Part shown: positions 1-12,309 of the stretch, one piece after another
How positions within the stretch are numbered: position 1 is the stretch's first letter
Layout: every line of letters starts with the position of its first letter
From: Eledone cirrhosa
Taxonomy: Eukaryota
Assembly: GCA_964016885.1 (NCBI GenBank)
Contig: OZ024740.1
Coordinates: forward strand, 92,690,001 to 92,754,000
DNA length: 64,000 bases
Direction of reading: 5' to 3'
The notes under the pieces: model-generated
Database searches by the model: none
Told to the model about the DNA's origin: nothing
The model's input: only the letters and a program-made list of their open reading frames with translations
Made by a program: the position numbers and the translations under genes

Positions 1-236
1 TGTGTGCTCAGTTTGCGAATGCGCCACATTCGGGTGTCTGTGTGTGTTTGTGTTCATTTATCTATTTGTTTATTTATTTATTTATTTATTTACATGTTGT
101 TGGTTGGTTGTTTGTTCTATGTGTGTGTGTGTTTTCATTTTGTCCTTAATTGTAAGTTGTGATGTTGCTGTTCCACTCATATTTTCTGTTTAATTTTGGT
201 TGTAATTCTTCTATGCTTACTGCCTCTGTAATTTGC

Positions 237-765
237 CTAAACATCTTTTCTGTGTGTGGATTCTATTTTTATTTCTATGTTCTCTAATTTACCCTTGTGT
301 TCTCTCTTAGCATGTTGGTAGAGCACAGATGATTCTTTATTATCTTGAAGGTCTCGCCAGTGTTCATTTATTCGATCCCCTATACTACGAGCTGTCTCAC
401 CTATGTACACTATATTTTTGTTTCTACATTGTCCTTCAGTACATCTTATGCTATACACTACATTTCTAGTTTTACAGTTAATATGGGGGCTTATTTTACA
501 GGTTATACATTTCTTATCTATACATGAGGGTCTTTGGAACGGGTATGTCTTGCTAATAAGTGTTTTTACGGAGGTACCTGGTCTTTCTACTATCTTAATA
601 TTGAGTTTATGTTTATTTAGGGCCCTTCTAAATGTGTAGGCTAGTTCGCCTCTAGGGGTTGTATTGATGAACATTACACTCTGGTATTTATTGCTATCAT
701 ACCATGAGTTTATTCTATTGGCCTTGTTCCTAGTTCTTTCTATTCTATTCCAAAATTTGCTCCTA
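237..765 (-). mobile_element. Penelope-like element fragment, Cys-rich linker plus GIY-YIG endonuclease
   Basis: ORF 237..674 has CIDKKCITC, then NVVYSIRC...VYIGETARSIGDRINEH, the GIY-YIG motif of PLEs; it is 5'-truncated against a (TA)n run. Confidence 0.85.
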
Positions 766-779
766 TACTACTATATATA

Positions 780-1557
780 TATAATAGTAAAAAGGAAAAA
801 GAAAATGCTGACGAATTTTTCCCAGTGAAAAATAGTTTAAATAGGAATAAGTATAAATTAGTAATAAGTATTGTTTAGTATTCAGTTTTAGTTTTAAGTT
901 TTTACAGTTGCGCATTTCTAATGCTTTTCAAACATAATGTTGAGATAGAGCGCTCGTGATGTTTGCTCTAATCTGATCAGTTTTGGAAATTCTTCCTGTT
1001 TTATGAGAAAAAAGTGGCTCCAGAGGTATTAAGATTTGGTTGGTTGTTGAATGTCACGTGAATAAGTACTATAAATTTCGCGCCAATCCGTGTTGCAAAA
1101 ATTCTTGTAGTAAAAATAACTTTGATTGGTCGGTAGAGGTCACCTGAATGTTAAAAAATGATTTCAGCGCGAACTGGTTTGGCGCCAAATGTAGGTTTGT
1201 CGAAGTGTGTCCTTTTTCTCTTGACTGAGTTGCAGTCATGTTGAGAGTGTCACTGAAAAACATGTATATTAAGACAAATGTGTGTGTGTGTGTGTGTGTG
1301 TAGTAAAGATGTTCATTGTTGTGATAATGGTCAGTAGGGATGTGTTTGAGTTGCAGTCATGTTGAAAGGTCAACAGTTCAGGTGTCTATTAAGACAAATA
1401 TGTGTGTGTGCGATGTGTGTGTGTGTAGCAGAGTGGTTCGTGGAAGAGGGAATGAATCGGTTAGTAGGAATGTGTGTGTTGACGTGTCTGGGGGTATTTT
1501 AACATGTTGAAACATATTTTTCACCCACTGTCTTATACAGAGAAGTGTGTGTGTATG

Positions 1558-1622
<65 letters not shown>

Positions 1623-2815
1623 ATGGACCAGTTTTTTTGTGATACTGGTAAAAATGGTGTACATTATTCGGTATTTTCAGTCATTTGCAAAAACGATTCT
1701 CTCAAAAGAAGATCAAAAACATCAACAATAAAAGAGGTGATATGATGTATAATATTGTCATAGCATCAAGGTGTGTGTGAGTGTCCAGATTGTACATACT
1801 GCAAGGGGAATCCAGTAGGCCCTGCCGTATGGGATACTTGTGTACAACTATTTATGTGCCCATCAACGTGGAATTCATGTGTGCGTATGTGTATGTGTGT
1901 GTGTCGGCACGTTTATATCTATAAACATCAAAATGTATGCAAATTTGTGTATATTTGTGTTGCACCATAGGACACGTGTGTGTACGCATGTCATTTTTTT
2001 TAATATGTGGATAGAAATGTATGTAGGATGTATGCTGATGTAGGTATGTATGTTGAAGTGTGTATGTTGTGGGTTCATATAGAGAGAAGTGTTTAGACGA
2101 GTTTCGTATTTGTTAATAAAATGAGATTCCTTGCTGATGCGCTGGGTGTGGGTGGCATTATCTTTAAATTTGTAGAGGGGACAGATTCTAAAGTCGGGAT
2201 CATTTTGGGCGGCACAGGTATCAATGTGTTCACTCAGTGGTATTTTTCTGTATTCCCGTATTTTAAATTTGGATCTATGGACAGTCATGCGTTGGCGGAT
2301 GCTGATTTTAGTCTGGCCTATGTATTGTTCTCGACAACCTGAGCAAGTTAATACATATACTAGATTTTCTGATGCGCATGTGAAATTATGTTTTACTATA
2401 AAACGTTGTCCCTCTTTGAAATAGAATTCTGAACCCGCTATTAGGTTGATTCATATGACACAGTTGGGTATATCGCATTTTTTTTACTGTGGGTTTCGTT
2501 GTTGCGGTTGGCTGTACTTTGGCATGTGTTAGAATGTTTTTCATTGATTTAGATTGTCTTTTGCCCTTTATGATATCGTGCTTTCGAAGGATTTGGTTCA
2601 TTCTATGGTCCTTTTTTAACTAAGGGATGTTCTGGAGGATGGTGTCAAAAGCCTCATTGTTGAGGGTGTTGTGTGTGGAGATGTATGGAAGAGCTTTTAG
2701 TTTCGGTTGATTTACTTTAGTGTGTCTAAAATCCTTTAGGGCACGTTGGATTCCATTATGAGTGTGTCCTTTAGTTATTGTAGCCGTAAGTAACAGGTGT
2801 TTTTTTATTGGAGAC
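780..2815 (-). mobile_element. Penelope-like element 3' half: frameshifted RT-thumb/linker/GIY-YIG remnant plus long 3' region with a degenerate HHR at about 900-935
   Basis: Minus-strand translation FTCASENLVYVLTCSGCREQYIGQTKISIRQRMTVH and LPYISTHN; 780-1990 is homologous to 22065-22935. Confidence 0.85.
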
Positions 2816-2829
2816 AATTAGAACCTGAA

Positions 2830-4560
2830 ACCCCACAACAATTCTAGGTAAGAAACAGGAACTACCGGAGGAGCGTAGATGCTACCGGCTAGTTTTATTC
2901 GTCTTTTCTCAACAACGTTCCGTGGCTCTGATACTGTTGATCTGCAGAGAGGATGGAATCTGAACTATTCTGATGTAGCGACATAAATGACCGCACAGGC
3001 ATGATTGGTAACACTCACAAGCCAGCAGCTGTAAAAATGTGTCATGGACATGATCCCATATGGAGAGATGATGAGCCTCTTGAACCTTGGTCTGGGAGAT
3101 AATCTCAGTGTGGGCGGTGCAACAATGTTATCCTCTAAGCAATGAGTCCACATACAGATCATTCATTGCCGAAGTCAGAAGACGTCAAAGATATCATTCG
3201 AGCGAAAAGGAGACCTACACATTTTGGACTGGAGGTAAGTCCGTAAAGGCGTCCAAAGTTAAGACATAGGATGACTTTGGGTTTAAGCTTGAATCCAAAT
3301 TCAAATCTTCGAATAAATTAATCTGGCAGGGCATCGGACGGTTTCGTAATAAAAAGTTCTTCCTCACATTTGCTCTAAGGAAGGTGTCCTTGTATCTCAT
3401 CTTCACAGAGAGGTTCATCCTCACGAGATGGACAATACCTTGTTGATCTCCTAAATCTGATCACAACAATAACTTCTGATGTACAGGAAGTGTATATGGG
3501 AGCGGTGATTAATCTCTGGGAGGCTGAGGTCATAATAGCAGTTATATAGCTCAAATGTGGCAAGGCAACTGGGAAAGATGAAATCCGAACAGAGACGTTG
3601 AATGCCATTAATTGAGAATGTATTCTCTGATTCTCTGGATGACTTGTGTGTGCTGAATGGCTTGGAAAGATACCTAAGCAATGACAATGTCGAGTGATAA
3701 TCACATGTTTCTAAACGTAAGACAAGAAAGATTGTTCCAATTGCAGAAGGATCTCCTTGTTAAGCTTCCATAAGATAATCTATGGTAAGTGTCTGGCAAA
3801 GATGTACGAGGAGACTGACGAGCCCAATTTAGATGATGAACACAGTGAGATTTACGACCGGAAGGCAGCACAGATTACCAAATATTCAGACTGCAGCAGC
3901 TCTTCGGGAAATCATAGGCATATTACCAAAAGGCGAATAATAATTGTGTATACATCACAAAGGCATATGATTGCGTAAATCGGGATTTGCTGTGGAAGGT
4001 TCTGCAAAAGTATTGGTTAGATTTTCCGCTTCTTTTTGCACTGATGTCTTTATGTCAAATGGTAGTACATGTGTGATAGGATAAACGGTGATAAAACGAA
4101 ACCATCACATGTGGTAGTCGGTTTCATAAGCTTCCAAAGGCTGGTATGGTCGGCGGTTCATAATATGTTATTTCAGGTTCAGACTATTACAGAGCGTGAC
4201 ACTTTCCTGCATACATTGACCGACTGAAAACAGATGCGGCTTGAATGTAGATACATTTAAAACTCCACACGTTTCTCTTTCATTGATGTGGCTATCCATA
4301 TTTTTGAAGATCATACACGATGATAATGTATATAGAGTTGGGGCGAGTGGATAGATTTGGGCATGAGGAATAAAGTTTTATCTCTCGCTCCAAAGTGAGA
4401 ACACATCTGATATACTCTCATAAGAATCTTCAAATTCTATCCGGGCATCCACCTTATTTAAACAGAGTCCATACACATTCTTTTCACAAACATCCAAATG
4501 CCTTTGTATCATCGACGAATACTAATTCGCTGTGACACCTAGTTCGTCCTTCTGAATATG
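2830..4560 (+). mobile_element. Degraded, internally deleted RTE-clade LINE (APE and RT remnants)
   Basis: DTVDLQRGWNLNYSDV (APE-like, about 2930) and KAYDCVNRDLLWKVLQKY (RT, about 3960-4013); many stops. Confidence 0.7.
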
Positions 4561-6696
4561 GCTCAATATTGTTCCTAGACGCAGTCAATCAACATTGAAT
4601 TCCAGGAAGTTTATTTGAGATATTTTCTAATCAACTTGAGAAGCATATTGTTAGAAATGTCACTGCGGTCGAGAGAATGATGATTCATCAATAATTTACA
4701 CGGCCCAATGTTAGTGTTCTTCTTTTCGATAATTATCGAAACAGCTTTGAACTGTTGCTGGAGGTGTCTGAATTCTGAAAAATTAGCAATCAACCCTGTA
4801 ATTTCATTTGCGTTTACTGTCACCCGAGAAACAATTGTAATATGTCCAATGGATTCCTTTCGTCGCAACACTGATAATCTTTTTTTTGTGATATATATAT
4901 AGAGAGAGATATATACATAGATAAATAGATATATATATATATATATATATATAGATATTCTGTTGAGAGCGTGCCTTTCCCTGTGTATCTGTATGTGTAT
5001 ATAGCTCTGTGTGTGTGTATAAATATGTTTGTGTAGCATAATTAAAGATATGTAATGATTATCAGAATCTTTACATTTTTTTATTTTTAACATAAAACGC
5101 CTTTTCCAACACGTACGTTCTAGATATTTTGAAAGCTTGTATTTATAAGTTGAATGCATGTCTAATTAGATATAAATATACTGAAGTGATTTGCCATGGG
5201 AATTAATATGTGATTAATGTTAGTGGACGTTGGAGAATCATTCTAAAGGAGATAAATTGACTTTATAAACATACTTTCGCCTGTCTTATGATTTAATGAA
5301 TTGATAAGGAACGTATACTTAAGTAGAATGTTGAAAATGACTCGATTGGTTTCTAAGTTAAATTTCCCCAATAAACAAACGTTCCGCTTCGGTGCCTATA
5401 TGGCGTCACTTCAATAGTAAATTTTAGTTGGTATTGTATATACATGTTTTTCATATTTTCCATCATTTGATATATGTTAGATGTGATATTGGCATACGTT
5501 AGTTGACAAGATTATAGATTGAATTCCGTAGCTATGGGAGATATGGCTCCGTGCTCTTGTCTCACTGGGGAAATAAGAATACAAAATTAGATTCTGATTC
5601 TTAGAAAAAGATTGAAAGTAATATTATCCAAATCAACTGAATATATATAAAATTTATTCATCATGTCTCTACTATTACTATACTACTCTTTCCATATCCG
5701 AGTGTAATGTACACTAGCAAACATCTAGATTTAGACAGATATATTTATTTGTTTACGGATAATATGCCGCAACAGCAAGCCTTTGCCTAAAGATTAAGGA
5801 CCAATGACGTGAAAGGATATAATGCTTTATTTAATCATATCTACTACTTAGATAAAAGGAGGTAGAAACCGAGAGCATATTTATTCCAATTCAAAATGAA
5901 GTATGTTTTCTGAAGGGATTTTGGATGGCTATTTCATGTACACAAAGAAGCTGAAATGAAAGATGCACGGCTTAGTTTTAATCAGTCTTATCAGTGCTAT
6001 GTCCACACAAATTCTCATACACATACATATGCCAATGATAATAATAGAATATATTAAAAGATTCCATATCAATTGCCTCTAGCCAATGAAATGAAAATCT
6101 CAAAGCATTCTGCTCTGTACCAATAAAAGAATTGCAGTGAAAGAATTTCAATTAAATTTCGCACATTGTGGAACGGTATTAGAAATGTTGTCCAAGAACT
6201 GATTATTTTGATATAAAAGACGAAATGATGTACAATATTAACTACCCATGTCCTTTGATGTAACTAGATAAGTTATTCAAATTCATTAATTACCAAATTG
6301 TAGGAAGGTATTTTGCGTACACTTTCAGGTATGTTTGAATATATTGACAAGATTCACTCAACAGCTCTACTAACAATATGAAACATCTTACTACTTGAAA
6401 TGGAGTTGTGAATTGACTATGATGTAGTCGATAGTATTCTATTACTGCATAATAATGAGAAATGGAAGACGATACCGTTATCTTAAGCATTTTTGGTGGT
6501 AAAGAATTTCTAGAACACCGTTGCTAGTCTTACACGTTCAAAAATATTCGCATCTTGAGTAACGCATTGAAAAACAATTATATTATCATCGATGGTTTCA
6601 TTAACACCAACAACTTAAGGTCCTCTAATGATATTAAATTAGGTACTAACAATGAACATAACGTCAACGCAATTGTTAAATCAACATCATCACTAT

Positions 6697-6800
6697 TCGA
6701 GGTTGACTTTGCTTTTCATCCTTACGGGGTCGATAAAATAAAGTATCAGTAATGAACTGTGTAATTGTTGGCCTTGTGCCTAAAGTAGAAACAATTATGA
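6697..6800 (+). mobile_element. tRNA-derived SINE, 3' part
   Basis: gaggttgactttgcttttcatccttacggggtcgataaaataaagtatcag, shared with six other copies in the window. Confidence 0.8.
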
Positions 6801-7536
6801 TGATACGATCAAAGCATTTCCCCAATATACCTGTTAAATAGAGTAAGACAGTGAGGAACAGTGAAAATGTTTCCTCTGATACATATACACTGTTCCTTAC
6901 TCTATATGTATCAGAGGAAACATACAAAAGTAAAATGCAAAAGAAAGTAAATAATAAATCAAAGCTTTACATATAGGGAAAATGTTTAAATGCCAACACA
7001 CATATACATGGGTGAATGTACAAACATGCACAAATACATGTAAACGCTAACAGAAAAATAAACACCCCATGTATGTTGTGTGAGTGTGAATATATTTTTT
7101 TGTGTGATATAATGATATCTTCACATGTTACGAATTACGATACGTCCAGATGGAGCGCAGGTATTGCTAAGTAATTGTACAGCGGGCAGCCTTCTCACTG
7201 ATACACGATTTATTAGGTAAACAAAGCCAAATGCAGTTGGACCAATCTTAATCGAGCACCAATAACACAACTATGATACGCTATTCATAAATCGAAATAA
7301 AGACTTGCTAATCGTCAATAATTTGAATTTCTTCACTATGAAAACACCAATTTATTATAAGTTGAGAACAACCTACATGTCTTTAAACAATCAATCTAGA
7401 AGTCAGTCTGTATACGTTTGAACACACAAATTAAGGGATTGGAATATTTACTTTTTCACAAGGGTGGACAGAAGTTGAATCGGGCGAAGATAATCTAAAG
7501 ATTTGGTGAGGAAGTCTCACCTAAAATTCGCGTATG

Positions 7537-8072
7537 TGGATTGGCAGTATCGGTAGAGGGTCGGGCGACATGCTTTGACGCATAGAGTTACGGCGTTTGC
7601 CATTCTGAGTTCAAATTCTGCCGAAGTTAACTTTGCCTTTCATCCTTACGGGGTCGATAATACCAGTAATGCACTGGATAATTGGTAGCCTTGTGCGAAA
7701 AGTAGAAACAATTATTAATGATGCTGGATTATCACTATTAGTAGATGGTCGGGTGCAATGCTTTGTAGCACAGTTTTATGGTCCTCTATTGCCTGAATTA
7801 AAATTCCGCCGAGGTTAACTTTGCCTTTCATCCTTACGGGGTGATAAAACAAAGCCACATTAATACACTGGAATATTACCTGGACTTGTGGCAAAGTAGA
7901 ATCAATTATCAATAAGCACTATTAGTAGTGGATTGACAGTATCGGTAGATACCCTGTATCATAGTGTTATGGCCCTTCACGTTCTGAGTTGAAATCCCGC
8001 CGAGGTTAGCTTTGCTTTTCATCCTTACTGGGTAATTGATGGCCTTGTAAAAAAAAGTAGAGGCAATTATTA
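7537..8072 (+). mobile_element. Three head-to-tail copies of the tRNA-derived SINE
   Basis: A-box-like tggcagtatcgg, B-box-like gagttcaaattc, common body gttaactttgcctttcatccttacgggg; copies start at about 7537, 7740 and 7926. Confidence 0.85.
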
Positions 8073-9719
8073 ATAAACGCATATTAAAATAGGATACACC
8101 GCCAAATATACATAAGCATACAATGAGCAAAACTGAACATCAAAGGTAGAAAAGAGAAGGTATGGATAAAAATAGCAAGGTAATAACATATTTTTTTATA
8201 GCTGGGAGTATAATTCTGCGATGGCCTGGCGTCATGTCCATTGGGGTATATTGTACTCTCAGTCCCTCAATGGCATGGGAACTGGGATATGACCCAACCT
8301 TATAAGACTCTGTGCTTGACACAGACACTATATTTTTTAGAGTTAAAAATACATGCATACACATACAGAAACTCTCACACATACACACGTATACCACTTT
8401 TATATCACACACACACACACACACACACGCATACACATACACACACACACACACACATAACTCCCCCCCCCCCACATATATATATATATATCCAGGGTGT
8501 GTAACGGGAAGTTACTGTATGTTCAGATCAGTCAGAGTGTAATATAATAATTGTGGACGATTTGTTAAGTCTTCATTACGTTTATTGATTGGTGAGGCAC
8601 ATTTCGCTATTGATCAGCGCAAGGTTCGATTTGTATCGATGTGGCCCAAGTCTGGAATCAAAAGCTCGTCGGATCTCTGCTGTTGTAATGACAGAAAGAA
8701 TATATAAAACATAGAAATATATAAAGCATAGAAATGTCTGAAAAGTTTCGTGTTCATATGGTGGTCAATTTATGTTGTTTTGATTTGTAGTTTAACTATG
8801 AGGAACGTGTTGGCATGTGATAGATGAGGTGTTGAGAATAGTGACGAGGTGGTGGGGAGAGCGATGGTTGATATGAGTGCGGGGTGTGGTGCTTTAGCTT
8901 GCGATACGCATTTAGTTGTGTGCGGGGTGAGTCGGAGGTGGTGTGTGAGGTGTTGCTGTCGTATGGCTGTGCGCGACAGGTCATGAAAGAGTGCGGTGTT
9001 GTATTAGGGGTACACGGTTTCTGATGGACATCAGTTTGTCACGGAAGTGTGAGTGGTCATAAGGGAGGTAGGATATACTTGATTATGGTGGGGCTGATTT
9101 GTAAGCTGTTTAGACAAAGTTAAAAGGGATTTGCACTATAAAGAAGTAATGAAGAGATGAAAATGGTTAGAGGTTAGTGTTTGAAAATATATATAAAATA
9201 TTTATGAAATGACGAATTATTGTATGAGATTAGTGTTTTGAAAGACCATAAAAAAGACTATGAAGAATTAAAAAGAAAAAAAAATTTCCTAGCGGTTACT
9301 AAAACAATGTGAGTAGAGGCAAGATAACTGTGCATTGAATACTGTGTGAAAATAATATAAAAAGGAAAATGAGTATACATGTGTACACGCTCGCACAGGG
9401 ACGTACACACATGCATGCACATCCACACATGTATTAATGTAAATATCTATATACAATCAGGCATCTCCCCACACAAGCACACGCATAAGATACACGGAGC
9501 CAGACGTGTATACATTACTAGATGCGTCTGCTCATGGAAGTGTGTATGGCACAACAAGCTCACGTACATATCGCACATATGCCTGTGTCTCGATATGTGT
9601 ACACGCTAACAAGATATACGCGCTCATAATCTGGGGTTGGATACAAACAGATATGTACATATACACATATATACATACACACTCACGTACCCATATATAT
9701 ATATATATATATATATATA

Positions 9720-12292
9720 AATTAATAAAAAGAATGAAATAAAAACAAAGAACAAGTTCCTTATATTAACAAATTCATCATTTTACGATCGTTTCTGGGA
9801 TGTATATGAGTGTTGGTAAGTATATCATATAGATCTATGTAAAAATATTACAAATTATCAGAGGAAATATACATACCTTCACATATACATGCTGTCTTCA
9901 GAAATGATGAGATTTGTATATTGAAATAAACCAACAAATATTTAATATAAAAGGTCTGTTTGGGAACAGGTTTTGAATTGACCAATAGAAAAGTAGTTAG
10001 GGATCAAGTTGATAGAATAGTGGTAGTAGAAATGTAATTGAGGGGTAGAGGAGTGCAGACTGATGTTTTGAATGAAAATAATACTTTGGGGATGAAAGAG
10101 GTCAAGCCAGTGAAGGGTACACGAAAATATGATGTTATTAAAGAATAATGTTAAAAACGAAGGAAAATAACATTTTAGGGTAAGGGTATTAATCAGAAAT
10201 AACAATCTTATTTAAACCACAAGGAATCTAGATTTATAACAAGAAATTAAATTATTTGATAGGTATACTTATAAGGATACATTTATATTAATTCATATGA
10301 ATGTGATAAATAAGAATTATATGTTATTAAAGAGTGTTGTTAAAAAACGAAGGAAAGTAGAGTACACAATTTGGGATAAGGGTGTAGTGAGAAATACCAA
10401 TCTTATATAAACTACAAGGAATCTAGATTCATAACAGGACATTAAATTAATTTATAGGTATACTTTTAGGTATTAATTTTAGGAAAAGAGAGCTGTAAGA
10501 GGAAAATAACATCATGAAGTTCTCTGTAGTAACTTACTAATTATAGATTAACTATATTAAAAAACTAATTATAATAATATGTAAAATATAAGTGTAAGGT
10601 GTATATTAATTAGGTTCATAATATTTGAAGGTTCTTCTAATTCTGTCGTTTAATTAATAGGATCCTTAGATTTCATGATTTCAAAAAGTTCCTGGGAGCA
10701 TAACCTACACTCGTATCTGTTATTTTGATAAGGTGTGACCCTTTTGAGCACACTCCAGGTCAGGTTGTAATCGATATTCTTCTTTCTATAATTATTAATT
10801 GTTTCAGCCAAGGATGTTGTATTTGCTAATGCGACATTTTAAAAATTATGTTTGTGGATATTAAATCTTACTATCAATTGGTTAGACGTAGCTCCTATAA
10901 ATGAATAAGTGGAGTCCTTAGTGCTAATTTTACATTTATAGACTGTTATTAATAAGACAATTTCCCTTTAAGGGACAATTTCTTTTGATTCTAGTTACAA
11001 CTATTCGTGAATATTATATTAGGGGAGTTAGTCAAATTCGGTGTGGAATTTACTAGACTTGTTATAGGTGAAGTAGATTGTGCTTTGTTGCGTTTTATTT
11101 TAGTATTATGGTTGGTTTGATGTGTTGGTGGTATATTTGTGTGCTTTTTTACATTTATATGCGTTGTACGGACTTATATTTTGTTGTATATCATTGGTAG
11201 TGGAGTAGGAACATTTGACAGTTGATCTATTTAAAATGTGATAGTATTTATGGTTTGGCGGGAAGTTTTTCTCTAGGATAGTAAAACAATGTTAGGGATA
11301 TTTAATCTACAAATTAGATTAAATGGAGCATTATACAAAGTAACTCGTCTATTACGGTTTCGATACTTTTTTATATTCATACGATGTATCAGGCGGTTTA
11401 CTAGGAGAGTCACTATTAGTGAATTTATTATATATAAGTTTAGTTAGATTAACTGATTTAGGTGTTTTAGTCTGATTACTAGGAATGTTGTTAGTAATGT
11501 TGTTAACATGTATTGGAGTATTAGGATGAATGGTTTTTTAAAAGTCATTATATTTTATGTGAGAAGAGGTAGATAAATTAAGTTTTAGGTTGGTATTGTT
11601 GGGTGTAGTATGAGTGGCATTTAGGTGTGGGTTTTTCATTTGGTATTTGTTGGTAATATTGGGTTGTATGTTTGAAGTATGATTGGTGCAATATATATAG
11701 ACTAATTTGTTTTTGTGGCCGCTTCTAGATAGAGCTTCGTTATAAAAGGGCGCATTTTTATCGAATACATCCTGGTTAGATGAAAGGTTAGAGATTCTGA
11801 TTGAGATATATGCTAGGTTTTTAAGGATAGATCTAGGATGATTGGATTGTGAGTGTATGTAATGTAAGTTTTGGTTAGGTTTATGGTAAGGTTGGTAGAT
11901 ACCCGTAGATAGGTTTCAAGTTATATCTAGGAAATTGACTATTTTCAAGTTATATCTAGGAAATTGACTATTTTACTGGTGTTTTCAAATGTAATAGTGA
12001 GATTGTAATAGTTTTGAGGAAAGTTCTAATAAGATTAGTGGAAAGAAGAAACAATCATCACGATATAAATCACCTTTAAGGTGGGGAAAAGATTAATTAA
12101 TGTTAAATAGAAGAAAGACGCCCACAAGATCGGTAATTTGGGCGGAATCACTAGAGCCCATAGTAATGTCGAAGAGATTACTATATGTATTTCTGGTCCA
12201 GTATTCCTTCTGAAATTCCAGTAGTGTTTGTCTAGCGTGCGTGATAATATTAATGTCATCCATAGTTAAGTTAGATCCATTTTTGGCAAATG
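9720..12292 (-). mobile_element. Penelope-like element, 5'-truncated and degenerate (RT C-terminus, GIY-YIG, 3' region with HHR)
   Basis: VNFLDIT..STGIYQPYHKPN..YIHSQSNHP..ISNLSSN (about 11750-11960); CPLKGNCL..YKCKI..FIGAT (about 10880-10980); similar to ORF 51081..51965; (TA)n at both ends. Confidence 0.85.
9775..9910 (-). ncRNA. Type I hammerhead ribozyme with long stem II
   Basis: Minus strand: UCAUCAUUU CUGAAGA [about 100 nt] GAAAC GAUC GUA AAAUGAUGA; 9-bp stem I, palindromic stem III ACGAUCGU, GUA triplet. Confidence 0.8.
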
Positions 12293-12309
12293 TATATATA
12301 TATATTTTG

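Noticed and set aside
7537-7625. tRNA gene
   Set aside because: A/B boxes are present but there is no cloverleaf; this is the head of a SINE.
8590-8680. HHR-like motif on the minus strand (CCGACGA GCU...AGC GAAAU)
   Set aside because: Two core mismatches and no clear stems I or III; at best a decayed PLE tail.
10130-10470. Diverged tandem duplication of about 190 bp, and the 28-bp duplication at about 11914-11970
   Set aside because: Internal to a decayed PLE, with no independent significance.
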